Source: Botryllus schlosseri
Taxonomy: Eukaryota
Assembly (NCBI GenBank): GCA_051294905.1
Contig: CM119375.1
Location: forward strand, 11,966,001-12,030,000
Length of the DNA stretch: 64,000 nt
Reading direction: 5' to 3'
Numbering within the stretch: position 1 is the first letter of the stretch; every line of letters starts with the position of its first letter. Of the stretch, positions 53,587 through 64,000 are shown piece by piece. The notes below the pieces were generated by a model. It saw nothing but the letters and a program-made list of their open reading frames with translations. It had not been told where the DNA came from and did not search any database. Position numbers and translations under genes: made by a program.

Positions 53587-56040
53587 CAGAGTTGGATCAA
53601 TCACAATAATTCAGTTCAATTACAATTGCAATTACAATTACTTCCTTGTATGTTTCAATTACATTACAATTACAATTACTCAATGCTAAAAATATCAAAT
53701 TACAATTACAATTACAATACTGGTAAACATGTAATTAATTACAATTACAATTACTGTTAAATATGTAATTGATTCGGTAGAGAGTAGGGATGGTGTGAAC
53801 GTGAGGTTCACGTTCGCGTTCTGTGTGTAAACCTCTGATATTTAGAGGTTCACGTTCACAAACGAACCTTGGTAGGTTCTGCACTGTGAACCTTTTTCAT
53901 AAATTACAGTTTACACGTCATCATAACATCTTTGGTTGAAATTTATTGCTATTAAACTGCGGGCCACTCAATGCATGGCGCTGGAAGCATAGAAATCAAC
54001 ACTAAATGAGCAATTGGCTTGCACCTTGAAAATCTCAATAATTTTACCTGCTTCGTTACAAAAATTTGCCCGAAATATCCAACTACGTGGTCCATCTCGA
54101 TTTCATATGTATATTGTATCATAAAAATCAAATCCGCGCGATTGAGGTGTTGGTTACTGCTGTATAACTTCTTAGTGGAGTAAAATCCGTTTTACACTCT
54201 GCGCAACATTAACGCAGCAACACTCAGTCGCCGAATACATTGCTCAGTCTGGCCTAGACCGTTAAGGCGTAAGCTTATATTCCCTTGCAATTCCTCGTCG
54301 AAATTGTTGGCAAGGCGACGAAAGATATTGATTTTATGGGATTATTTTACCATTTGATTGCTCCAGTTGATACATTTAGCCTCGTTTAATAAGTCAGTAT
54401 GTACTTTAGCATTGTGTCATTATGTGGCCCGAGTCGTCGCTAGGTATCGTGTTCACTGTTCAATCATATATATATCTCTTCACTGAAATGTAGGGTTGGA
54501 ATTAGTAATATGACGTCACGTGACGTCATGAGGTTCACGTTCGCGTTCACACAGAACCTTTCAAAAAGGTTCGCGTTCACACGAGCCTGAACCTTTCAGG
54601 GGTTCACACCATCCCTAGTAGAGAGGTGTTCTTTGACAACTATGTAGCGACGTAAATAGCAACAATCTCAAGCTATTCATGTTTCATTCATGATACGTAG
54701 AATACCCTTTAATTTAAAAAAACCGAACGTATTCGAACTATTCCTAATCATGAGTAATGAAAACTACAAACACAGAAAAATGTTCCAAGCGACTGTTAAC
54801 AACCAAAAGTTTGGGCGACTAATAGCGAATACGCTACAGGACAGTCAATGAAGTGTAATCAAACGATTAGGCTACACAGCGAGCTGAGTGAGGATAATGA
54901 AATGTAATTGGTAAGGCGTCAGCGATAAGGATGATACCAAGGTGCTTAAAATTAAAATAAATGCAAAATGAAAGAACCTCCTGATAACTACGAATTACAA
55001 CATTTTGGATCACATTTACATTTTTACTTGCTCGGAAACTGTTAGATTGCATCTGATGAACGTTAGGATGCGAAAAGTTTCTGGCCTCAGTAAATTTGGC
55101 CAAGATTGGAGGTAAGATTGGGATAACATCTTTACAAATACGTGATCAAGTTTGATGAAGCCTTGGTTGAAAACTGGAATTTCTTTTTGAAATTGTTGCA
55201 GCAAGCCTCGGTACTGGTCAGAGATTTGAAAACAAAAAACTCTGACCATTGGTGTAGAAAATGGTTCAGCACAGGTTTCAGAAGAGTTTATTTGCTGTTC
55301 ATCCATTTTTGAAATATTAAGATTTAGTTTAGCCCACTTGTTCTCTAACTTTTTGACAGTGAAATATTTCGTGCCCTCCTTATCATCATATCACACAATG
55401 AAACCAGAATGTTAGCAATCCTTACAGATAGTTTGATGGTATGGAAGGTTATGACTGTTGATGAGAGAATGAGAATTCTCCAATATGAAATTCGGAGTAT
55501 ACGCAGAGCAATAACTATGAAATAAAGGTGAATCGCGCCAGGCGCGGAAAAAATTTCAGTTTACCGGAGCTTAGCGCCCCCCCTTCAGATGCTTTCACGC
55601 CGCCCAAGGAGGGCATGCCCCCCAGTTTGAGAACCACTGGTTTAGCCTATATTGTAATTCACAAAGTTTTCTGTTGCTACTGAAGTATGGGAAACAGTTT
55701 AGCATGGCTGAATTATAACGCGGCACGCATAGAACACCGATGTAAATAGGCTAATTATTACAGGTGGCGACTGTGTACTAAGGCCTTAAGGCCTTGCGGT
55801 CCCTCGTCGTCATCCTGGTCCGTACCGGGTTCTCACTGGTGTGACGAATAAATGATTGATTGATGGATTATTTTATGTTGTGATTGTCAGGTTTCCATAC
55901 AGTGTAATGGAAATTGTAATTGAGCAAAATTTTTATCAAATTAGAATTACACAAAATAGAAATGCTTCACTTACAATTACATGAAAAAATGTAATTAATA
56001 ACATTCAGCTCAATTACAAATTACAATTGATACAACTCTG
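53587..56040. mobile_element. hAT-type element (TIR CAGAGTTG, ATTACA subterminal arrays) nested in the right foldback arm
   Basis: cagagttgga at 53587 and tacaactctg ending 56040. Exact 8-bp TSD gtatcata. (caattac)n arrays at both ends. Confidence 0.9.
53785..54617. mobile_element. MITE family E nested inside the 53587-56040 element
   Basis: tagggatggtgtgaac / gttcacaccatcccta. Exact 8-bp TSD gtagagag (53777-84, 54618-25). Confidence 0.92.
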
Positions 56041-56742
56041 GTATCATATAGCCTACTTTGAGTTCTAATTAATATCAGTTCTTTTGTCTGGAGAACATAC
56101 ATGTTAATTGAAGTATAAAAGCAAGTGTAGTAATGCTTTTAATTTCCAGAAATAAAACTACACAATATAGCATTTTTACGGTCCACCATATTTTTTATTA
56201 ACGCTTACTATTGCGCAAAGTGTTTACACCGTATCCTATACAACTTCTCCGTATCGCCCTTCGACTAAACTACGGGCCTTATAATATGGGGGATGGCGCC
56301 ATACCATGCTATTTTCTAAAATGTGCTGTTCGAGAAAACAGAGAATTAGTATCGCATTTCCATATCAATACTATCATTTTCATCCCATGATGCGGACGAA
56401 TCCTTATGCTGTCGCAAATTGGATACCTCCTGGTAGGCATCTTTCGCATAGCTCAATTTGCACCTTTTTATAATCCATGTGAACGAATTATGATCATTTT
56501 CACAACTACTTATTTACTTGAGTAGATTTAAAGTCAGTCAATTCTATTTGTAGGTAGGCCTACTTCAAGTAGTTTTAGCTTGCTCATGGACGAATTACTT
56601 CTACTCGTACTCGAGTTGATTTTTTCGTTGCTACTTCTACTCGAGTAGCTTTCTTGACTACTTTGACCACCTCTGCGCGGTTTACGTCCATAACGGCTTG
56701 TACGAAACCAGGCAGCGGTGGCTACTGGCTACGCACTGAGGC

Positions 56743-57467
56743 ATGATCTTTGACTTTCTGACGCCATCCTGGGGGTCAGCCTTGAAAAATGAGAGACGGA
56801 GATTTTTTAGAGAAAAACTTTATTCTTATAAAAAAAACCTAGACATGTCATGGGGTGTCGATCGAGGGCGGAAACGGTCTGCTATACTCCGCCCACTTTC
56901 AACTGGAACCGCTCAGAGTCAAGTTTGTGAGGTCACGGTATGAATTTGAAAAGTGACAGTGACCCCCATTAAAAGGGTTAAGAGCTTAAGATATCGCTTA
57001 CGCAGATCATATGGCGAGGAGAAGCTTAGATAAACCTACAACACTTGAGGTTGTAGCCAATTTATGATGAGAGAGAGCTGGACCTGGAGCAATTAAACAT
57101 CTACGCCTACTTAAAATCTCTGTTCTACACCAACGTCTTTGCGTTTTCCCGCCCCACCAGACGACCACAAAAACACACCAGCGATCCGAGTGAAGGTTAT
57201 TTAGTTGAGAGAATACCAATTTCGCAGAATAAAAAGATGAATCAACGTAGCAACAATGATAACAAAAAGGCTGAAACGCGAGAAACGAAACAATCTCGAA
57301 AACGCGGGCGGCGCGCAAGTGACCAAACGCATCCTGAAACAGGTCTGTCCGTGCTCCGCTTTAACAAAAAACGAGCCGTAAGAACAGTAGCGCTTCCCGC
57401 TAGCTTGGAAACAATTTACAGAGGAACGATGCACGCACGGCGTAAAACACTTGAATCGGACTGCTGA
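56743..57467 (+). CDS. Candidate two-exon orphan gene, 201 aa, basic
   Basis: Exon 56743-56937 (ATG..VCEVT|gtatga), 119-nt intron, then exon 57057-57467 (ttgtag|PIYDERELDLEQLNIY...ESDC*), a phase-0 join with no stops. Plus-strand AATAAA at 57954-57959. No family recognised. Confidence 0.45.
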
Positions 57468-57526
57468 CAAGTCAAGGTTTGTTCAAAGGGTCCTACAGCG
57501 GTTGCGCAGGGGCACAGTTCTTGGAG

Positions 57527-57575
57527 TATAAAAATATCGTTATCGTCGTCACTCATTCGAATGAGCGCGGTAAGA
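57527..57575 (+). promoter_or_regulatory. Candidate TATA box plus initiator, followed by a micro-exon ATG AGC GCG|gtaaga
   Basis: TATAAAA at 57527-57533 and TCATTC at 57553-57558 (A at +28 from the TATA T). Donor gtaaga at 57570. Confidence 0.3.
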
Positions 57576-58153
57576 GTAATGCAAGTATTTCACGGTCCGG
57601 TTGTTACGAAACCATTGCGGAATGATCCATGATTTTGCTCGCTCGCATTCGCACGAACGTGACTTTTAACGGAGTGCGGTACTTGAACACAAAATGATAT
57701 TCGATGCTTCAATTCGCGCTCAAACCGCGCGAGTTCAGTTCAAATCCGAAACGGCGACCGCGGAAATACCGCTCATCACAAAGGGTCCAAAATTCCGGAC
57801 AACGCCAGCAAAAATGGACCCCCGGCATTCTTCAGTGCTTCAGGTAAAATAGAGTTTGTAACAAATCACAAATTGTTATATTCACCGCTCGGCTTCAACG
57901 AGGTTATGCGCATACGCGCACGGGCAACGAGAGGGTTAAGAGCGCGCGGTAGTAATAAAAGCGTAACGAGGACGCCGCCGCGAATACACACGATTACACG
58001 CATAAATATATGAATCGTAAACCGCACCACGTAAATATCTGTATAGAACGTATGTGTTATGATAAAAGGTGAAGAGATATCGGCTCTGGCAGTCAAAATC
58101 CGGCCGCGTGACGCGTCTCGACGCTCTGCTCCGCTCCGCTTCATGTAGACGAC

Positions 58154-61100
58154 TCAGCAAAAGGAATCGTCCGTCGATTCGCCGAGGTCGAGGTGCAATT
58201 TGTTCCGGGCGTCGGCAGTACTTGCGTTGGACTTACCTCCGAAACCGTCTATGCCGGTGAACTGTTCTTTCGACAGAGACAGGCTGACCGATTTGCTCAT
58301 CGGCGGGGTCCGCCCTGGCATAGTGGACAGCCCGCCAGAGTGACTAGAGTCGGACATACATCTATCGTTTTTATCTGAAAACGTTCCGTTTTTGGAAGTC
58401 TTATCTCCTGCCTCGTGACCCGGTAGCGGCGGGGTAGACTCGGTAGGGCTAACATGCTGGGCCTGTCTACGCATCCAGTTCCTTGCCGAAGTGGCTGGCA
58501 AGAGCCGTTGGCTTCGAGGCCGGTGAGACGAAATGCCGGCATCTATCGTGTCCGCCGAAGTGCTACGCTGAAACGACTCAGAGGCGTGGCCGCTGTCTTG
58601 GCTCGATTTGAAAAAGGGTAAGTTTTTTAGGGAGGGTCTCCGCGGGCCGTGCGTCTGCGTGTCCGAATTCTTGGCGGCTTGAGAGATGTCGGACAGGTCG
58701 GACGCCCTGCGGCCACGCTTGCCGCCGGATCCGAATTTATTTGCTGTTGTTCCTGCGAAATTGTCGCGTTTATTGTTAATTGTACAAGGAGGATACATTT
58801 GGACTTTGGAGACTACATACAACACAGTAACTGCACTTTTTACTCAACACAACGAGTATTCACCTACTCTCACTACTTGCTTCAAAAAAAGTGGTAGTGA
58901 AAAAACAAAAAACACTTGAATAAGTCCTGCAAGTTGGCAAACGTACTACATTATATGCCACCTCTGGTAATTGTATAAATTTGCCGAAAGTTGGAAGTAA
59001 TGAAAGAGACTTGTTGGCTAGCTAGTATTCATGTTTAGATGTAGTTCTACAAACAAGGATACAGAATTTGAAAATATCTCAACAATATTATTTAGCATAG
59101 GTTCAGAAAATATTCGTGCCAGTACCAACCTTTCAAACTATGATTCGAAGATGAGTTCTTGGTTACACTAGTGCGATGTGAAAAGATCGTTCTCCTGTCT
59201 ACAGAATGCAAAAGAAAATGGTCAGTTGGATCGTCGCCGAAAAAGTGCGATTTCAACGAATACACATTTGTGACAAATCAACACTGGGAAACAGTCCATG
59301 CTAAACAACACAGGCTGATATAGTAGATGACTCCGAAAAGCGGGCATCGAGTATAGCATGCAACTAACGATCAAACCATCCCCTCGAATGACCTCGGTTG
59401 AACATATTTTTTATACACCATGGGTCTCAATATCGGCAAATGGCATGTACTCCAACTTGAAAGACGTCGTGAGCCACAAGATTTCATTGTTCACACAAAC
59501 ACAAGCTAAAGTTTGTAACATGTCTTAAGATAACAACCCGTTCTGCTCTTCAACTGAAATTAATTTCAGCTTTCAAATATACATTCAGGCACATTCATTT
59601 CTAAATCTCAAATCAAGTCGCAAGCCGCGAGTCAGAGACCCCTGTTATGCATGAACAATTGAACATATGATGTAACCTGCAGAATATCTTCGCATTGATT
59701 GTATATACAGCTAGGCTAATTATGGAAAAATGTTGCTAATTGGATGGAGCAAAAATCAATCAGAAGACAACACCTGCACATGTCTCTAATCCTAACGCTA
59801 GCAGAGCCGTACTTACGACACTTGCTCTCAACATGCAAATAAAGCAACGTTTTAACTGCAGTGAGGCATGGGTTTACTAATATTATTGTATGGAATAACA
59901 AAACGATGCTAGAAATAGGACTTCAAACATCCATGCCCAACTCTTTCCAATAATATCGTTCTGGTGATGACATGCAACTAAATTTGCTGTGAAGGATCGG
60001 CAGCATTTTTACACAGCGTCAGTCGCTCTACGGTCTAAGAAATCACAATCAAATTCCAAGCTTAAAATTGAAGCAATTAGCCGCAACATCGAGACAAAAG
60101 TCGCATGCTAGCAAGTAGCACGTGACTTATTCAAATTGGGTCAGTTGATTGGCATACATTTTAGAGATTCATTACTTTATTCGCTACGTGTCCTAAGGCG
60201 TCTCTACAGTGAAGAGTTCAGGGATTATGCATCAAAATATGAAAGGTATCCAAGTTAATGCAGCAGTGGTGCTGAAACCCAACGTTGTGGCAACGTACCG
60301 TGGACATTAGGAACATGAATGCTACCATGTTCACACAGATGAGATGCTAAAACCCAACCTTGTGTTACCGTGACATAACCACCCGCTTCAACCAGCCTTG
60401 ACATTGCTAGTTTCTGTGAAGAATTTTTGATAAAAAATAACAGACAGCAACCATTGTTCGACTGAAAACGTCTCCAGACACTACAAGACAGGCTAACCAA
60501 GCACCGCTTTCAAAATGAACTGCATGCAAGACATAGAACAACGCACTAGCCTAAAAGCGTGCAAGCGGTTGCTGGGAAGAGAAAAAGAAATCACAAACCA
60601 AGGTGCATCAAGATTCGAAATCATTCGAAGACAACAAGCTCATGATCGTGTAGCGACAACAAAGTGTCAACCGTTAGTACATCAACTCACCATTAGTAAC
60701 ATCGAACCCATCATTGTTTAACTCCGTCCGCTGCGTAAGGGAAGCATGCAGTAGTAGTGGTGAAGTTTGTCGTTATAAGGTGCATGTGACTCGAATACAT
60801 GCTTACTCGGGGGGGACTCACCAGATTAAAAAGGACATTTACAGAATTGCTACTAGAATAGTTAGTTATGTGTATAGCAAATGTAACATACTACATTAAA
60901 AACACCGCAATTGCTAATTAATATCTAATTATATATATGCAAGTTTTGTTATCACGCTCACTAGTTATGATAAACTTGCCCGCAAATTTGCACCGCAACC
61001 TATAAATCTGTATTTAACCAATTTACGGTAGTCATCTATGTAAGAATGGAAAAAGTAAGCTGCAGGGTTTGGGGCAGATGCCGGAATATCGAGTGCGATC

Positions 61101-62292
61101 GACACCAAAGAGTGAGAATTACATGCCAGGATATCTTACAGGGAGTCGTAAGACAGGCTACAAGCAGTGTCCATAGCAAAATTACAAAGACAAAATTATT
61201 CTCGGTCAATGTCAGATATTGAACACAAAAACTCACTCCTTTACTACAATTTTCTCTGTGGTTTTCCCAAAAAATATATTACAGCATGACCAGATTTTAA
61301 AATGCTTCGACTGTTTTTGAATGATTGTCTAGCGTTGCTTAGCAGGTCTACGATTGGTACTGGATTGAATTCAGGCATTTTTCTACGTACATCGTCTATC
61401 AATAGTATTCGATTGGAGGAGGAGACAACAACTAAAACTTCACTCTATTTTGGCAAGGCCAATACACAGATTTTAAATAACTGCTGAAATTCATCGCAAC
61501 CGCGAGTCGATTGAATTCAACATCATATAATACGATTGATGCGTCAGCTACATCAACAAATTGGGGTGTGGGCAGTTGTTTTCAATACAGCACACACACA
61601 CACTATGAATCTATTGCGTCATCGACTAATAATATGACCCACAGTGCTACGAGGCCACTGCAGGCCGAAATGACCAGCACAATATCCGCCAGGCCCAAAT
61701 TCACGTTAATATTTAGCCTACAAAGGAAAAACATCAGATTAGCGTCAGATTGTAATGCGGTGCAGGTAGTAAGAGATAGAAGTGCATGTATTATTTCGCA
61801 AGCAAAGACAGACACAGTAACTCGCGACGCGGTCTCGTAACTCAAGACACGTCGCGTCGAGTAAGTTATGAAACAAGAGGTGATCGGTTGTCCACGACGT
61901 ATGAAGACAAATGAAAAGAATCGCTTTTTCCATAAAAATGCCCTGAAAATGAGCTGAGAACCAGCGCTTGCAGATTACCTGATTGTCTTCTGATCTGTTA
62001 TCTATTCTAGGCGACGTCAATTCGTGGCTCGGCGTGAGGCTGGCTAAGGAAGACCGTGACGACGTGTCCTGGTTGGCGTCGGCCGCTATCGGGTGTCCGA
62101 CCGTGTGTGTTGGGGTGTCGTCGTAGACCAGCGGCGACTGCTGGGACGCGATAAACTCTGGCGACAGGTCGGAGGTCATGCTGACGCGGTCCGAGGCCAG
62201 GAATTCCATAGAGCGGCGGTATGTCAGAGGGCTCGACTTGATCCGCGGTGATTCGTCACCGTCCGGAGTCTGGACACTTTCGACATACGGAC
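58154..62292 (-). CDS. 3' part of an unidentified gene (Ser/Pro-rich disordered protein); 5' exons lie beyond 62292
   Basis: Phase-consistent chain 62292-61979, 61444-61291, 59505-59419, 59198-59130, 58812-58154 (stop). The terminal exons are GC-rich, long and open (..RRSMEFLASDRVSMTSDLSP..; ..KRGRRASDLSD..PRRPSLKNLPFF..TDDSFC*). The internal exons are less certain. Confidence 0.65.
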
Positions 62293-62946
62293 CTAGAAAA
62301 AGGAACGCGTTTCAAAATCTCAACCCAATTCGTAGATAATGTGCACATTTTTCAAAGCTAACGTACTCAGCACACCTAAAGTCTGCTTTTGTCGGTAAAT
62401 CACGAATATGCAAACAGACTGTCACCGATGGCACACTGCCGTAAAAACATTACAGCCTGGTGATCACTTCAGACAAGTTCCCAAACTGGGCACCTAGCAC
62501 CTTTCTAGTGATAGCAAACAAACGCAACAGAACCGCCTAACAGTGAGGCGAATTACGGCCATGTTCCCTTCTCTCGCGTCTTTTCACGGAGTGAAAGAAC
62601 ATTAGTAAAGTCACAATAACCACTTGACACAGATAGAATAGTTATGCATATAAGAAATACCAAATGCTGCAGTTATCACATTGGCATTTACGTTTACGCT
62701 GTATTTTTACAATATCAGGATAATTTAATCAACCTTAGCCCTCGCTGATATTTCTTCAGATCATAATTTGAAAAGACTTAGATTTGTTTGTGGCTACGGT
62801 TCAAATCGAATCCAAATTTGAAACTGTATAGGCTGTGAAAATATCAGTCTTTGTGTCGTCTAAAGTGATATTTGCGCAAAGTCAGATTTTCGCAGTTACG
62901 TAATCAAGTCGAACTACCGCAATCATATTGACATCGCAAGATGCGC

Positions 62947-64000
62947 ACCGTAAACCGGGGTAACTTTGGACAATTTTCAACAATTCCGCTTTGTATCTTG
63001 GAAATGCTAGGCTGAAGGGGAGGCAAGTTTTGTGTTTTTCATAGGTCATGGAGCAAAGATTAGAATTGCCTAATCCAAAAATCTTCATGGTCCTAAATAA
63101 GTGCCTTATTTTCGTAAATTATCCGTGTCCAAAGTTACCCCTGCATGTGGGGTAACTTTGGACAATGTAGTTTTTTGTATGCCTTTACACTCTATTGTTT
63201 ATGAAACCTTGTAAATGAGGCTTATTTGGTAAGAGTTGATGAGAGCAGTGGCTAAAACTGAAACAAAATAGTATATGTCTGGCCTATTGCATGATTTTTG
63301 CCCAATACCCCCCCCCCCAAAAAATAGGTACTTTATGAAGGGTAATGCCCCCTTATTCATCCCTTATCTCAATTTTCCCTCATGCCTTCACCAATTGGGA
63401 CTTATAAATAACATATGGTGATAAGGGGTATCCCACTGGCAGTATCAGCAATCGACAGCAAACATTAAGAATGTTACCGTGATTATTGCCATTTCAAATA
63501 TATTACTGTTCTTTAAAAGATACAATTTCCCTTTTTTCTGTCCTCTGATGGATATATTTGTCATAATTTACAATATCCCATATTCTGCAGGCACATCTTT
63601 AGGAGTATGTGATAAGTTTTTGAAGTAGCTTACACCCGATTACAATCTCTCAGCTCATTGCCTACCCATTTTTTCATATTTTGGCAAACTCCTAATTTAT
63701 TAACCTTCTCATTGCATTTTAAAAAGCCATCAGGCCGGTCATAAGGAATATAGTTGACGATACACTTTGACACAGATGAAGCAGCCACTTTGCAGAGCTC
63801 TAAATATCACATTTTCTGCTGTCCAAAGTTACCCCGTTCTGATAAAATTTGACGGGGCAACTTTGGACATCACATTTTCTTGTATTGATCCAAGGGTGAG
63901 CCCACTGAGATTTTTGCCATGGATTAAAACTACTTAGAGGTATCTGCTGCCAAGTTTTGAATCTCTGAATCACATGCTATCTATGTTTGGTTGTAAGAAC
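62947..64000. mobile_element. Pogo/Tc1-like MITE with GGGGTAACTTTGGACA subterminal repeats, running off the window end
   Basis: accgtaaaccggggtaactttggaca at ~62947. Inverted gtccaaagttacccc at ~63126 and ~63821. Direct copies at ~63150 and ~63854. Confidence 0.7.

Larger units (their letters stand above)
50824..56675. mobile_element. Foldback-like element (termini CAGAGGTGG/CCACCTCTG, ~1.05-1.1 kb inverted arms) carrying three nested insertions
   Basis: After removing the nested elements, 50824-52890 is the diverged reverse complement of 53117-56675. The central loop of ~225 bp is rich in AAGTAG/CTACTT. Confidence 0.85.

Noticed and set aside
53600-53760. (CAATTA)n arrays and AAGTAG/GAGTC arrays resembling regularly spaced repeats
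   Set aside because: They are subterminal motifs of DNA-transposon MITEs, with no unique spacers and no cas genes in a eukaryotic context.
55016-55306. Possible hAT transposase fragment inside the nested element
   Set aside because: The location is suggestive but I cannot match any diagnostic motif without a search.
61603-61940. Hydrophobic minus-strand frame resembling transmembrane helices
   Set aside because: Its splice phases do not fit the flanking exons, and the hydrophobicity may be the antisense shadow of Ser/Thr-rich plus-strand sequence.

Overview
Eukaryotic genomic DNA, AT-rich and intron-rich, with many 60-70 nt introns and dense MITEs. It is almost certainly an ascidian tunicate, inferred from a short-coil-1b chordate cytoplasmic intermediate filament (IF) fused to annexin. 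Gene models below were assembled by hand from splice sites and reading-frame phase. (1) A partial coiled-coil gene, minus strand, ~1.4-3.0 kb. (2) An LRRD1 orthologue (LRRs plus C-terminal death domain), minus, 10733 to at least 17712. (3) An 18-exon, 737-aa type-III-like IF-annexin fusion gene, minus, 24051-35786. It resembles the IF-F gene described from Ciona, has an Arg/Ser-repeat linker, and shows several candidate alternative exons. (4) A compact 445-aa JIP1/2 (MAPK8IP) scaffold, plus, 42889-49313, with JNK-docking motif, SH3, PTB and kinesin-binding tail. (5) A 5.85 kb Russian-doll of nested DNA transposons built on a ~2.4 kb foldback palindrome, 50824-56675. (6) A candidate 201-aa two-exon orphan gene right after it, and the 3' part of an unidentified minus-strand gene; both encode KRGRRASD with entirely different codons. 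No rRNA, bona fide tRNA or CRISPR array was seen. All protein identifications rest on remembered motifs, not database searches.
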